Shown here: piece after piece, positions 1 to 7,938 of the stretch | How positions within the stretch are numbered: position 1 is the stretch's first letter | Layout: each line of letters starts with the position of its first letter | NCBI GenBank assembly: GCA_944376015.1 | Contig: CALWBH010000074.1 | Span: forward strand, 1-34,157 | Direction of reading: 5' to 3' | DNA: 34,157 nucleotides | From: an uncultured Clostridia bacterium | GTDB taxonomy: Bacteria > Bacillota > Clostridia > Christensenellales > Pumilibacteraceae | Made by a program: the position numbers and the translations under genes | The notes under the pieces: generated by a model | Seen by the model: only the letters and a program-made list of their open reading frames with translations | Databases searched by the model: none | What the model was told of the DNA's origin: nothing

Positions 1-318
1 TGACAGGCGATATAATTATATCGTAACGACGGGAGCCGCTTAAGCGCGCGGACACGTCGGTCGGGTTACGCAGCGCTATCGGTTTAAAGTCGGTTTTGAA
101 AATATGACGAACGCGCTTTGCGATAACGATACTTCGAGATGTCCCGTAAAAAACGGATATCAAACTTCTTTACCCTGCAAGCGGCGTCGGCAGTGCGGCG
201 TCGTTTGTTTTTTCTTTCGAGAGGAAAAGAAATTTTAATCGTTCAAAAAAGACGGTGACTTGGTTTCGCGTGTAACGTCAGTTTACCGAACAGTATCGTC
301 GATAGGCGTTTATAACGC

Positions 319-347
319 TTGACAAGCGATTTTTTGCGTGGTAAAAT
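319..347 (+). promoter_or_regulatory. sigma-70-type promoter of the riboswitch-yhhQ transcript
   Basis: TTGACA (319-324), 17-nt spacer, TAAAAT (342-347) preceded by TGG (extended -10-like). Confidence 0.6.
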
Positions 348-366
348 CACGGTATGCTTAACGCAT

Positions 367-406
367 GGACAGTTCGTGACCATCCTGTCTGTAAACAAAA
401 CTACGG
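367..406 (+). promoter_or_regulatory. preQ1-I riboswitch aptamer
   Basis: GGACAG-UUCGUGACCAUC-CUGUC-UGUAAACAAAACUACGG is a 5-bp P1 stem with a C-containing loop and an A-rich tail ending CUACGG. It lines up with the remembered Tte/Bsu preQ1-I aptamers (CUGGGUCGCAGUAACCCCAGUUAACAAAACAAGG). It lies directly upstream of a yhhQ-type transporter, a known preQ1-I regulon member. Confidence 0.72.
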
Positions 407-414
407 GAAAGGAC

Positions 415-435
415 GGGCGCAATGCGCCCTTTTTC
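415..435 (+). terminator. intrinsic terminator (riboswitch expression platform)
   Basis: GGGCGC-AAT-GCGCCC hairpin followed by TTTTT, placed between the aptamer and the RBS/ATG at 475. Confidence 0.7.
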
Positions 436-474
436 AATGGGTCACACTCGAAAAGATATTTTCAGAGGTGATGT

Positions 475-1227
475 ATGAACAGAATTAAAAAAGAACTTGC
501 GGAGTTCGGGCTTTTGCTTAGAAGCGTGCCCGGCGCGCTCACCGCTTTTTTCGTGCTTTCGGTGTTCGCAATGAATCTGCTTGCGAACAAAAGCATAAAT
601 TTACCCGTCGACTGGCTTGCGCTCGATTGCGGGATACTCGTGTCCTGGTTCGCGTTTCTTGCGATGGACATAACGACAAAGCATTTCGGAGCGAAGGCGG
701 CAACCGAGTTATCGATATTCGCGATACTCGTCGAGCTTGCGTTCTGTCTTATATTCTTTTTTGCAAGTCTTATTGCGGGGACGTGGGGCGAATCGTACGT
801 CGAAGGCAGCGAAGAAACGATAAACAACGCGCTCGACGGCACGTTCGGCGGCACCTGGTACGTGCTTTTAGGAAGTACGGCGGCGTTCGTGGTTTCCGCG
901 TTCGTCAATAATTTTCTCAATGCGGGCATAGGCAGACTGTTCGTGAAAAGACCCGACGGGGCGGCGGCATACTTCTGCCGTTCGTACGTATCCACCGCGG
1001 TCGGTCAGTTTGTCGACAATATGGTATTCGCGTTGCTCGTGAGCCATTTCTTTTTCGGTTGGAGTTTTCTTCAATGCGTGACGTGTTCGCTTACGGGAAT
1101 GATTGTCGAATTGCTTTGCGAAGCGCTGTTTTCGGGAGCGGGTTTCGCCGTTTGCAGAAAGTGGAAAAGGGATAACGTGGGAGAACGCTATTTCGCGTTC
1201 AGAGAAGGCAGGGAGTGTGCGCAATGA
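475..1227 (+). CDS. yhhQ: queuosine precursor (preQ0/preQ1) transporter, YhhQ/VUT (DUF165) family
   Basis: 250-aa polytopic membrane protein. The N-terminal pattern (LLRSVPG..FFVLSVFAMNLLANK), YVSTAVGQFVDN and the overall layout resemble YhhQ. RBS AGAGGTGA lies upstream and the preQ1 riboswitch is in the leader. Confidence 0.8.
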   Translation: MNRIKKELAEFGLLLRSVPGALTAFFVLSVFAMNLLANKSINLPVDWLALDCGILVSWFAFLAMDITTKHFGAKAATELSIFAILVELAFCLIFFFASLIAGTWGESYVEGSEETINNALDGTFGGTWYVLLGSTAAFVVSAFVNNFLNAGIGRLFVKRPDGAAAYFCRSYVSTAVGQFVDNMVFALLVSHFFFGWSFLQCVTCSLTGMIVELLCEALFSGAGFAVCRKWKRDNVGERYFAFREGRECAQ

Positions 1228-1871
1228 AAATTCTTATAACCGGAACGAGTCGCGGCATAGGCAAGGCGATCGCGGAAAAATTTCTTTCGCTCGGTCACGA
1301 CGTGATCGGTCTGGACGTAAATTCGCCGACCATAAAGCATAATTCGTATGAACATTACTGTACGGACATACTGACGGGCGAGCTTCCCGACGTCAAAAGC
1401 GTTCAGGTGCTTATCAACAATGCGGGAGCGCAGGATTCGGGCAGGGATATAGACGTCAACCTTAAAGGCACCATACGGGTAACGGAGAAATACGCGTTCG
1501 GCGGCGGTATAAAAAGCGTGCTGTTTATTTCTTCCGCGAGCGCGCATAACGGCTCGGAATTCCCCGAATACGCCGCGAGCAAAGGCGGCGTGATCGCGTA
1601 TATGAAAAACGTCGCGCTCCGCGTGGCAAAATACGGCGCAACTTCCAACAGTCTTTCACCGGGCGGAGTTACAACCGAGCTTAACGCCCGCGTTATGAAC
1701 GACGAAAAAATGTGGCGCAGGATAATGGAGCAGACGCTGCTTCCCAAATGGGCGAGCGCGGAAGAGATCGCCGAGTGGGCGTATTTCGTGACCGTCGTCA
1801 ACAAGTCGATGACCGCGCAGGACATACTTATAGATAACGGAGAGATAGCCAAAGCGGAATTTGTCTGGTAA
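1224..1871 (+). CDS. short-chain dehydrogenase/reductase (classical SDR) family oxidoreductase
   Basis: Motifs TGTSRGIGKAIA (TGxxxGxG), NNAG and SSASA...YAASKGG (Ser/YxxxK). I take the start at ATG 1224 (MKILITG), which overlaps the yhhQ stop as ATGA; the track ORF starts at GTG 1215. Confidence 0.85.
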   Translation: MKILITGTSRGIGKAIAEKFLSLGHDVIGLDVNSPTIKHNSYEHYCTDILTGELPDVKSVQVLINNAGAQDSGRDIDVNLKGTIRVTEKYAFGGGIKSVLFISSASAHNGSEFPEYAASKGGVIAYMKNVALRVAKYGATSNSLSPGGVTTELNARVMNDEKMWRRIMEQTLLPKWASAEEIAEWAYFVTVVNKSMTAQDILIDNGEIAKAEFVW

Positions 1872-1893
1872 TGCGTCTTTTATGTAATATCCG

Positions 1894-1922
1894 TTTACAA
1901 TTTCCGCGATTTGCGGTATAAT
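1894..1922 (+). promoter_or_regulatory. sigma-70-type promoter
   Basis: TTTACA (1894-1899), 17-nt spacer, TATAAT (1917-1922). Confidence 0.6.
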
Positions 1923-1942
1923 GGCAAAAAGGCGGTGAAATC

Positions 1943-2245
1943 ATGAAAAAATGCAGGATCACGGTTGTAAGAAAGGCGCGGTATGACGATCTTATCGAAA
2001 AATACGAAAACCCGATAACGCACGCCTGCGATATGCGGGAGGGGGAGACCTTTTTGTCGACGGGCGCGGAACGCCCCGAAGGATTTTGCGAAAGCGCGTG
2101 GCAGAACCTTTATCCGTTCGTGTTCGCGCTTGCAAACGGCGCGGAAAACTTTTTCGACGGCTGGATGAAAAACCGACGTTCGGCGATGATATCGTGTAAC
2201 GACGGCTTCCGCCCCGTAAGCTTTTTGATCGAAGCCGAAGAATGA
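1943..2245 (+). CDS. small Cys-containing protein, TIGR04076-like family (function unknown)
   Basis: 100 aa. The pattern MKKCRITV...PEGFCESAW...WMK...ISCNDGFRPVSFLIE matches my memory of TIGR04076 family proteins. It has its own promoter and RBS. Confidence 0.6.
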   Translation: MKKCRITVVRKARYDDLIEKYENPITHACDMREGETFLSTGAERPEGFCESAWQNLYPFVFALANGAENFFDGWMKNRRSAMISCNDGFRPVSFLIEAEE

Positions 2246-2275
2246 TGTTTATGTGTAACGGCACCGCGTAACGCG

Positions 2276-2303
2276 AAAAAACGGACGTTTTCGTCCGTTT
2301 TTT
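2276..2303. terminator. bidirectional intrinsic terminator between convergent genes
   Basis: AAAAA-ACGGACG-TTTT-CGTCCGT-TTTTT: A-tract, perfect 7-bp stem, T-tract. Confidence 0.8.
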
Positions 2304-2328
2304 AAATGCTCTGTGTTTTTCGTAAGAT

Positions 2329-3120
2329 TTATATCATCACCGGACGGTCGTTGCCGTGGTTTTTGCGGAATTCGGTAGGCGTTTGATTTTTGAATCTGAA
2401 AAAATTACGGTTGAACACGCGCAGGGAGTTGTATCCGCAGATGGACGCTATTTCGGAAATGGTCTTGTCCGTGGAAATAAGAAGGCTGGAGGCGTAGCTT
2501 ACGCGGCACTCGTTCAACAGCGCCGAAAAGTTGGTTTTGAATATGCGGTTGAAAAGTCCGGAGAAATAGCTGTAAGTGTACCCCATTATTTTGGCGATGT
2601 CGTGCATCGTGACGTCTTCCGAGTAATGGTTTTCTATAAATCCGAGTACTTCGTGCACGAAACTGCGGTGGGAACCGTTTTGCTGCCGCACGAATTCGGT
2701 GGAAGAATAAAAAGTGGCGAGTATGCGGTAAAGCGTGCTTTTGAGCGCGAACATATTGGACGGTTGAAGCAGTTCGTTTACCGTGTTTTCCGCGTCTTCC
2801 AGGCGAAAAACTGAATCGAGCGCGCTCATATTTTCCGTTTTGTTGTAAAAGTCGGAAACGTAGTCGGTGGAAAACACGCAGAGATAAGATCTTGAAAAGA
2901 TATGCGTGCGGTAAGAATGAGCTTCGTTGGGAAGTATTATCGCGCATTCGCCTTTGTTCAGGGTATATTCTTTACCTTCGACGGTTATTATCAATTCACC
3001 GCCGAGTACCGCGATAAATTCAAAGCTGTTGTGCATGTGCACGGGAAAATTAAGGTCGTTATCGCGTTGATGGTATATATAATGATTCTTGTTGGATCTT
3101 TCCTTTTCGTAAATTATCAT
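2329..3120 (-). CDS. AraC family transcriptional regulator (cupin sensor + HTH)
   Basis: N-terminal cupin-like HxH region (FPVHMHNSFEFIAVLGGEL) and a C-terminal AraC HTH (ISEIASICGYNSLRVFNRNFFRFKNQTPTEFR). The start is chosen at MIIYEK (ATG 3120) because AAGGGG lies just upstream; the track ORF runs to 3198. Confidence 0.85.
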   Translation of the reverse strand: MIIYEKERSNKNHYIYHQRDNDLNFPVHMHNSFEFIAVLGGELIITVEGKEYTLNKGECAIILPNEAHSYRTHIFSRSYLCVFSTDYVSDFYNKTENMSALDSVFRLEDAENTVNELLQPSNMFALKSTLYRILATFYSSTEFVRQQNGSHRSFVHEVLGFIENHYSEDVTMHDIAKIMGYTYSYFSGLFNRIFKTNFSALLNECRVSYASSLLISTDKTISEIASICGYNSLRVFNRNFFRFKNQTPTEFRKNHGNDRPVMI

Positions 3121-3240
3121 AAAACGCCCCTTATGTCGTTTTTTATATGATATCATTTTTTTACGCGAATTGCAATATATTGTTCTCACATTTTTCATGG
3201 GGAATTATCCTGTTTGCGGCAAAAATTTCCGTAAAAACGG

Positions 3241-3269
3241 TTGAAAATCGCGGCGAAATGTTATATAAT
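3241..3269 (+). promoter_or_regulatory. sigma-70-type promoter of tRNA-Gly
   Basis: TTGAAA (3241-3246), 17-nt spacer, TATAAT (3264-3269), 19 nt before the tRNA 5' end. Confidence 0.6.
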
Positions 3270-3287
3270 CTATTTACGTAAAGTTTT

Positions 3288-3362
3288 GCGGATGTGGCCT
3301 AACGGTATGGCATCAGCTTCCCAAGCTGAGGGCTGCGGGTTCGAGCCCCGTCATCCGCTCCA
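3288..3362 (+). tRNA. tRNA-Gly (anticodon CCC), CCA encoded
   Basis: Cloverleaf read by eye. Acceptor GCGGATG/CATCCGC, anticodon stem TCAGC/GCTGA with loop TTCCCAA (anticodon CCC), T-arm GCGGG-TTCGAGC-CCCGT, then T-CCA. Confidence 0.9.
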
Positions 3363-3461
3363 TATACGAGCCGCGGCGCCGATATTCGATACGGGGTCGC
3401 GGTTATTTTATGTATTTAGCGATTTTACAAGTCATTTGTGCAAAAAAATCGAAATCGGGGA

Positions 3462-3490
3462 TTGACAAAATGCGAAAAATGAAATATGAT
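3462..3490 (+). promoter_or_regulatory. sigma-70-type promoter of the two-component operon
   Basis: TTGACA (3462-3467), 17-nt spacer, TATGAT (3485-3490). Confidence 0.55.
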
Positions 3491-3547
3491 ATATAAAATT
3501 CTTTACGTAAAAAAGGGGAAGCCGCGCAATGCGGTTCGGTGAAATAA

Positions 3548-4273
3548 ATGGTAAGGATAGCATTGATCGAAGACGAAAGCGACGCTATGAATACGGTAAA
3601 GGAATATCTCGGAAAGTATTCCGAAGAAACCGGCGTGGAATATCACATGCTGTGGTATACCGATCCGCGCGAGTTTCTTAACGGTTATGTCGCCAACAGT
3701 TTCGATCTTGTGTTTATGGATATAAAATTACCGGGAATGAACGGTATGAAGGCGGCGGAGAAGCTGCGCGAAATCGATCCGTCCGTCGTTCTCGTGTTTA
3801 TAACGAACATGGCGCAGTTTGCCATAAAGGGTTATGAAGTGGACGCGACGGATTTTATGGTAAAACCGCTTTCTTATCATGATTTCAGCCTTAAATTCGA
3901 GCGCGTTCTCAAAAAGATAAAAAACAACAGGGACGTGACGATAGCCGTTACCGGAAAAGGTACGGTCAAATACATTCCCGCAAAAGAAATAGTGTACGTC
4001 GAAGTTATCAAGCATCAGCTTTATTACCATACCAAAGACGATGTGTACGAAGTGCGCGGTACTATGAAAAAAGCGGAAGAGGATCTGGGCGGCATAGGCT
4101 TTGCGAGATGCAATAATTACTGCCTCGTGAATCTCAGATACGTAACGGGGGTAGTCGGCTTCGATCTTACCGTATCGCTCGGCGAGAATTCGCGCGAAAC
4201 CATTGTCATCAGTCACCCGCGCAAGAGAGAGTTCGTCAAAGCGCTCAACGAGTATCTCGGGGAGAATATGTAA
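3548..4273 (+). CDS. LytR/AlgR (LytTR) family response regulator
   Basis: REC domain (IALIEDE...FMDIKLPGMNGM...FITN...KP) followed by a LytTR DNA-binding domain (IVYVEV..HQLYYHT...Y..RGTMK..E..L....F.RCNNYCLVNLRYV). Confidence 0.9.
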   Translation: MVRIALIEDESDAMNTVKEYLGKYSEETGVEYHMLWYTDPREFLNGYVANSFDLVFMDIKLPGMNGMKAAEKLREIDPSVVLVFITNMAQFAIKGYEVDATDFMVKPLSYHDFSLKFERVLKKIKNNRDVTIAVTGKGTVKYIPAKEIVYVEVIKHQLYYHTKDDVYEVRGTMKKAEEDLGGIGFARCNNYCLVNLRYVTGVVGFDLTVSLGENSRETIVISHPRKREFVKALNEYLGENM

Positions 4274-5622
4274 TGACTCAGTTCGAATTTTACAAATCGT
4301 TTCAATTCGTGTTGGAGTTATTGCTTGCCGAGTTCATATTCACTTACCGTCTGCAACGCAGAAAATATTTTCCGTTACGGCTCATAGCGGGCATAGCGGC
4401 GACTTTTCTTTTCGCGTTTCTGTTCCCCGTGCCCTTCAGTAACGCGTTTTATTGTTCGTTTACCTTCCTGGCGATATTTCTTTTTACAGTACTCGTCGTC
4501 AAATTCTCGTTTAAAGTGACCTGGCTTACGGTCATATTCTGCTGTCTTGCGGGGTATACGACGCAGCACGTCGCGTACGAAACGTATACGCTGCTGCTCA
4601 ATCTGCTCGGGGTCAATTCGGGCTCGATGGGCTTTTACGGTACGGAATATGTCGGGCTGTTTTCCAATCTGTTTATTACCGCCGCATACTTTTTCGTTTA
4701 CGTGCTGTCGTACTTCGTGTGCTCGATATTTTTCGGAGAAAAACTGAGAAAGATAGAACAGGTGGAGCTTAAAGGTACCTTCATTTTTGTGTTCGTCATA
4801 TTCATTCTCATTATAGACATAATTCTCAACGCCGTGATCGTTTATTACGTGGCGTCGGACGGAAAACCGCTTTATCTGATAATAATGGGATTTTACAATA
4901 TTCTTTGCTGTTATACCGCGCTTTATCTGCAATTCGAAGTCGCGCTCAAAAAGCAGCTCGAAAGTACGCTCGCGACGGTAAAACAGCTTTGGCATCAGGC
5001 AAAAGAGCAGTACACGTTCAGTAAAGAAAATATCGAGATGATAAACGTAAAGTGTCACGATCTCAAACATCAGATAAGGCGGCTCGGAAAAGAAAACCTT
5101 ATTTGCGAATCGGTCGCAAAGGATCTCGAACAACGTATATCCATATACGACAGCGAGATAAAAACGGGCAACGTCGCGCTCGATATCATACTTACCGAAA
5201 AAAGCGTGCTTTGCGGCAAGTACGGTATAAAATTCAGCTGTATAGTGGACGGAGCGGCATTGTCTTTTATGAAAGAGGAAGACATATACGCGCTTTTCGG
5301 AAACATAGTCGACAACGCGATAGAAGCCGTCCGTAAAGTGGAACAGACAAAACGCGTTATAAGCTTGCAGGTCAAACGTACGGGCGATCTGCTTATGATA
5401 AAAGAAACGAATTATTACGACGACGAGATACAGTTCGAAGGCGGCATTCCGAAGACTACCAAGGACGATAAACAGTATCACGGTTTCGGGCTCAGAAGCA
5501 TTCAGTTTATTTGCGAAAACTACGGCGGAGATTTAATGCTTAAAGCGGAAGAGAAAACGTTTACGCTCAGTATTTTGTTCTTTATGGGCGAACGCGGAGA
5601 GAAAGTCAAAGGTAAAGCGTAA
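4273..5622 (+). CDS. AgrC-like GHKL sensor histidine kinase (about 6 TM helices + HATPase_c_5-type domain)
   Basis: Hydrophobic N-terminal half, H-box KCHDLKHQIRRL, and C-terminal N/G-box region (FGNIVDNAIEA...HGFGLRSI). The start overlaps the RR stop by 1 nt (TAATG). Confidence 0.85.
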   Translation: MTQFEFYKSFQFVLELLLAEFIFTYRLQRRKYFPLRLIAGIAATFLFAFLFPVPFSNAFYCSFTFLAIFLFTVLVVKFSFKVTWLTVIFCCLAGYTTQHVAYETYTLLLNLLGVNSGSMGFYGTEYVGLFSNLFITAAYFFVYVLSYFVCSIFFGEKLRKIEQVELKGTFIFVFVIFILIIDIILNAVIVYYVASDGKPLYLIIMGFYNILCCYTALYLQFEVALKKQLESTLATVKQLWHQAKEQYTFSKENIEMINVKCHDLKHQIRRLGKENLICESVAKDLEQRISIYDSEIKTGNVALDIILTEKSVLCGKYGIKFSCIVDGAALSFMKEEDIYALFGNIVDNAIEAVRKVEQTKRVISLQVKRTGDLLMIKETNYYDDEIQFEGGIPKTTKDDKQYHGFGLRSIQFICENYGGDLMLKAEEKTFTLSILFFMGERGEKVKGKA

Positions 5623-5657
5623 TGATTCGAGTGTATAACCGTTGAGACGTTTTTGTA

Positions 5658-5698
5658 ACGCCGCGCATGATTTTAATACCGTGCGGGGCGTTTTTTTT
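5658..5698 (+). terminator. intrinsic terminator after the TCS operon
   Basis: ACGCCGCGCA ... TGCGGGGCGT (9 of 10 bp) followed by T8. Confidence 0.7.
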
Positions 5699-5787
5699 GC
5701 GCTTTCAAATAATTTCGCCATGTAATGTTTCGATGTTTTCCGCTGCTAAGCGGCGAAAAGAACAGGGAAAACGGGCGGAAAAACGAA

Positions 5788-5822
5788 AGGGTGTGCCACA
5801 TCGGGGCAAGGCTGTGCCAAGT
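5788..5822 (+). promoter_or_regulatory. candidate LytTR operator: two direct repeats with 21-bp phasing
   Basis: AGGGTGTGCCACAT (5788-5801) and AGGCTGTGCCAAGT (5809-5822) share an identical TGTGCCA core exactly 21 bp apart. The second repeat abuts a TTTACA (5826-5831)/TG-n-TATTTG (5849-5854) promoter-like element. An alternative promoter is TTTACG 5856-5861, 18-nt spacer, GATAAT 5880-5885. Confidence 0.4.
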
Positions 5823-5988
5823 GTATTTACATTTTTTTGCGGTTGTGTTATTTGTTTTACGTAGAACGGGAAACGGCGGGATAATGTAATGTTCGCGGGC
5901 GCAAACTTAGATTGTCAAGTATCGGTTGTCGCCGCGGAAGCGGAGCGTTAGCCCATTGCCGATATCCCGAAAAAGTATAGGAGGAGAA

Positions 5989-7938
5989 ATGAAAACAAAA
6001 AGTAAAATCATCGCGTTGTTGCTTTGCGTTATTCTTGCTTTGTGTCTGATCCCGAGTTTTGCCGCTTGCGGCGAAGAACCCGTCGATCCGCCCTCGCCCG
6101 AATATAAGGTATATTCGGTCACGTTGCAGTATAACGGCAAGAATATCGACGGAAACGTGCTCAATGCCGACGTAAGCGCGGGTACGTTGCAGCTTACCGC
6201 GAAAGTTGTCAAAGACGACGGAGCGGACGGAGCCGTAACTTATGCAAGCAGCGTCGCGGAAGTCGCAACCGTGAGTAAGGACGGACTCGTTACGCTTGCG
6301 AGCAAGGGCGAAACCGTCATTACGGCAACGGCAGGCGACAAAAAACACGAAATAGTCCTTGTCGTCGCGGACGATTATTCCACAGCCGACAGCTATACGG
6401 TGACGGTCAACGGCGGTACGGCGAGCGTGACGAGCGCGGCCGAAGGAACGTACATTACTCTTACGGCGAATATTCCCGAACATCAGGATTTTATTGAATG
6501 GGAATTCAGCGAAAACGTGTCGTGGATAAACGGAAACGTGTTCAAAATGCCCGCAAGCGACGTGGAAGTGACCGCGAAGTTCGAAGCGATGAAATATACG
6601 CTTAACGTCGTGGGCGCTACCGTCGTCAAAGCCGACGAAATAGACGATCCTACGAGCTCCGACGGCGGTAATACCGAGGACGGCGAGCTTCCCGAATACG
6701 ATATGAACGTGTATCGGTTCGAGTACGGCACCGAAATCAGCGTGGAAGCGATCGAAGAACCCGCAGGGAAAATTTTCGTCGGTTGGGATTACGGCGTGGA
6801 AAACAACCGCGTCGGCGAAATGGGAATACCCGAGTACGGACCTTTCTCGATGCCGGATTCCACTCTCACCGTGTGGGCGGTATTTTCGGATCTGAACCCT
6901 AAACTTTTAACCGCAGCAAAAACTCGTAATTATTATGACACCAACAACGGATCGCTTACGATAGAAAACGGTGTGCCGAAGGGGGGAAGCGCGGATCCCG
7001 ATCTCGAAGGGCTGTCCGGTTACAGGCTTTGTTTCTCCGGCGGCGAATCGGCTCGTTCCGATTATCCCGAAAATATAACCGGTTCCGTGCTTAATTCGAC
7101 CGTAATGGGTACGCAGATAATAAAAGTCATACTTAAAAATCACAGCAATTATCCCGTATCTCTTGAGTTATATGCAAGTTTCCATGGTAATATGGCGACA
7201 AGCGGAGAAATGACAGTAGAAGCAAATTCCGTGCTCACCACATTCTTTACCGCCGGTATGGGAATATACAATCCTTATATGGGCGTTCGCCTTACGCAGA
7301 ACTTAGGCGGAGCAAGCTCGGAACGCTTTAATGTCGATATGGTGGCAGGCGTAGCGGATTATTATCCCAACGGAGACAAACAGCTTCAGGTGTCCGGAAA
7401 CGCGGAATATGTCGTGCTTAAAGACGAACAGCCCGATTCAAGCGGAGAGAATAGATTTATCTCCGGAAACGGATGGACGGATTACAAGCCTGCAACGAGA
7501 AATCCCGATATAGGTTCTTATTCAATGGCGACATGGTCGAATAATTTCCCGGCTTACAATGCCGACGCATTGCCTTATAAAGTCGCAACTATCGAAAATA
7601 TGCCCGAATACGATCCGGATTCGCCTAACGTAGATATATACGTTAAGACCATTAACAATGTAAATACGCTGGAAGAGCCCGTACTTAAACTGCGTTACGG
7701 TATAGCAAGAAGTACTTCGCCCGACCAGAACAATCTTATAGACTCTGTCGATGTGGAGCTCACAAGGACTGCTGAAACTTCGGTGGTCAAGTTGACTATA
7801 CCGCGTACTTCGGCTGATGAAACCTTCTGCTTAGTAGTTTATTATACCGAGTCTATAAGAGACGGTGCGCACGGTGTATGCTTTACTTTCCAGCTTACCT
7901 ATAATAACGTTATGGGTTATGTCGAAGGGGGTGAATGA
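5989..7938 (+). CDS. surface lipoprotein: Big_2 Ig-like domain + two Listeria-Bacteroides (InlB B-repeat-like) repeats + large uncharacterised C-terminal region
   Basis: Start at ATG 5989, with AGGAGG 5 nt upstream. Signal peptide with lipobox SFAA-C. Big_2-like segment (LQLTAKV...VTYASS...VATVSKDGLVTLASKGETVITAT). Two YT(V/L)xVxGG...F.GW-type repeats. I recognise no family in the last roughly 340 aa. Confidence 0.8.
   Translation: MKTKSKIIALLLCVILALCLIPSFAACGEEPVDPPSPEYKVYSVTLQYNGKNIDGNVLNADVSAGTLQLTAKVVKDDGADGAVTYASSVAEVATVSKDGLVTLASKGETVITATAGDKKHEIVLVVADDYSTADSYTVTVNGGTASVTSAAEGTYITLTANIPEHQDFIEWEFSENVSWINGNVFKMPASDVEVTAKFEAMKYTLNVVGATVVKADEIDDPTSSDGGNTEDGELPEYDMNVYRFEYGTEISVEAIEEPAGKIFVGWDYGVENNRVGEMGIPEYGPFSMPDSTLTVWAVFSDLNPKLLTAAKTRNYYDTNNGSLTIENGVPKGGSADPDLEGLSGYRLCFSGGESARSDYPENITGSVLNSTVMGTQIIKVILKNHSNYPVSLELYASFHGNMATSGEMTVEANSVLTTFFTAGMGIYNPYMGVRLTQNLGGASSERFNVDMVAGVADYYPNGDKQLQVSGNAEYVVLKDEQPDSSGENRFISGNGWTDYKPATRNPDIGSYSMATWSNNFPAYNADALPYKVATIENMPEYDPDSPNVDIYVKTINNVNTLEEPVLKLRYGIARSTSPDQNNLIDSVDVELTRTAETSVVKLTIPRTSADETFCLVVYYTESIRDGAHGVCFTFQLTYNNVMGYVEGGE

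Noticed and set aside
181-225. GCGGCGTCG direct repeat followed by a T-rich tract at the left edge, considered as the terminator of an upstream off-window gene.
   Set aside because: The two GC-rich blocks are direct repeats, not inverted ones, so I could not draw a convincing hairpin. It is left uncalled.
104-238. 44-aa Cys-rich ORF (MTNALCDNDTSRCPVKNGYQTSLPCKRRRQCGVVCFFFREEKKF), not in the track.
   Set aside because: There is no Shine-Dalgarno sequence before the ATG, and the 3' part is the T-rich tail of what looks like an upstream terminator region. The six Cys could be chance. I cannot support it as a gene.
243-437. 64-aa minus-strand ORF upstream of yhhQ.
   Set aside because: It overlaps the promoter, the preQ1 riboswitch and the terminator on the opposite strand. 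It has no RBS and a basic low-complexity translation.
3241-3465. 74-aa plus-strand ORF.
   Set aside because: It reads straight through tRNA-Gly(CCC) and its promoter, so the tRNA explains the region.
3410-3496. 28-aa ORF upstream of the LytTR/HK operon, considered as a possible autoinducing-peptide precursor.
   Set aside because: It has no RBS, overlaps the predicted operon promoter, is not followed by an AgrB-like processing gene, and has no leader-like motif. There is no evidence for a quorum-sensing peptide gene in the window.
5667-5864. 65-aa ORF between the kinase and the lipoprotein gene. The 5857-6483 and 5907-6212 minus-strand ORFs belong here too.
   Set aside because: The first overlaps the terminator and the putative LytTR operator/promoter. 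The minus-strand ones are antisense to the lipoprotein gene. None has an RBS or recognisable motifs.
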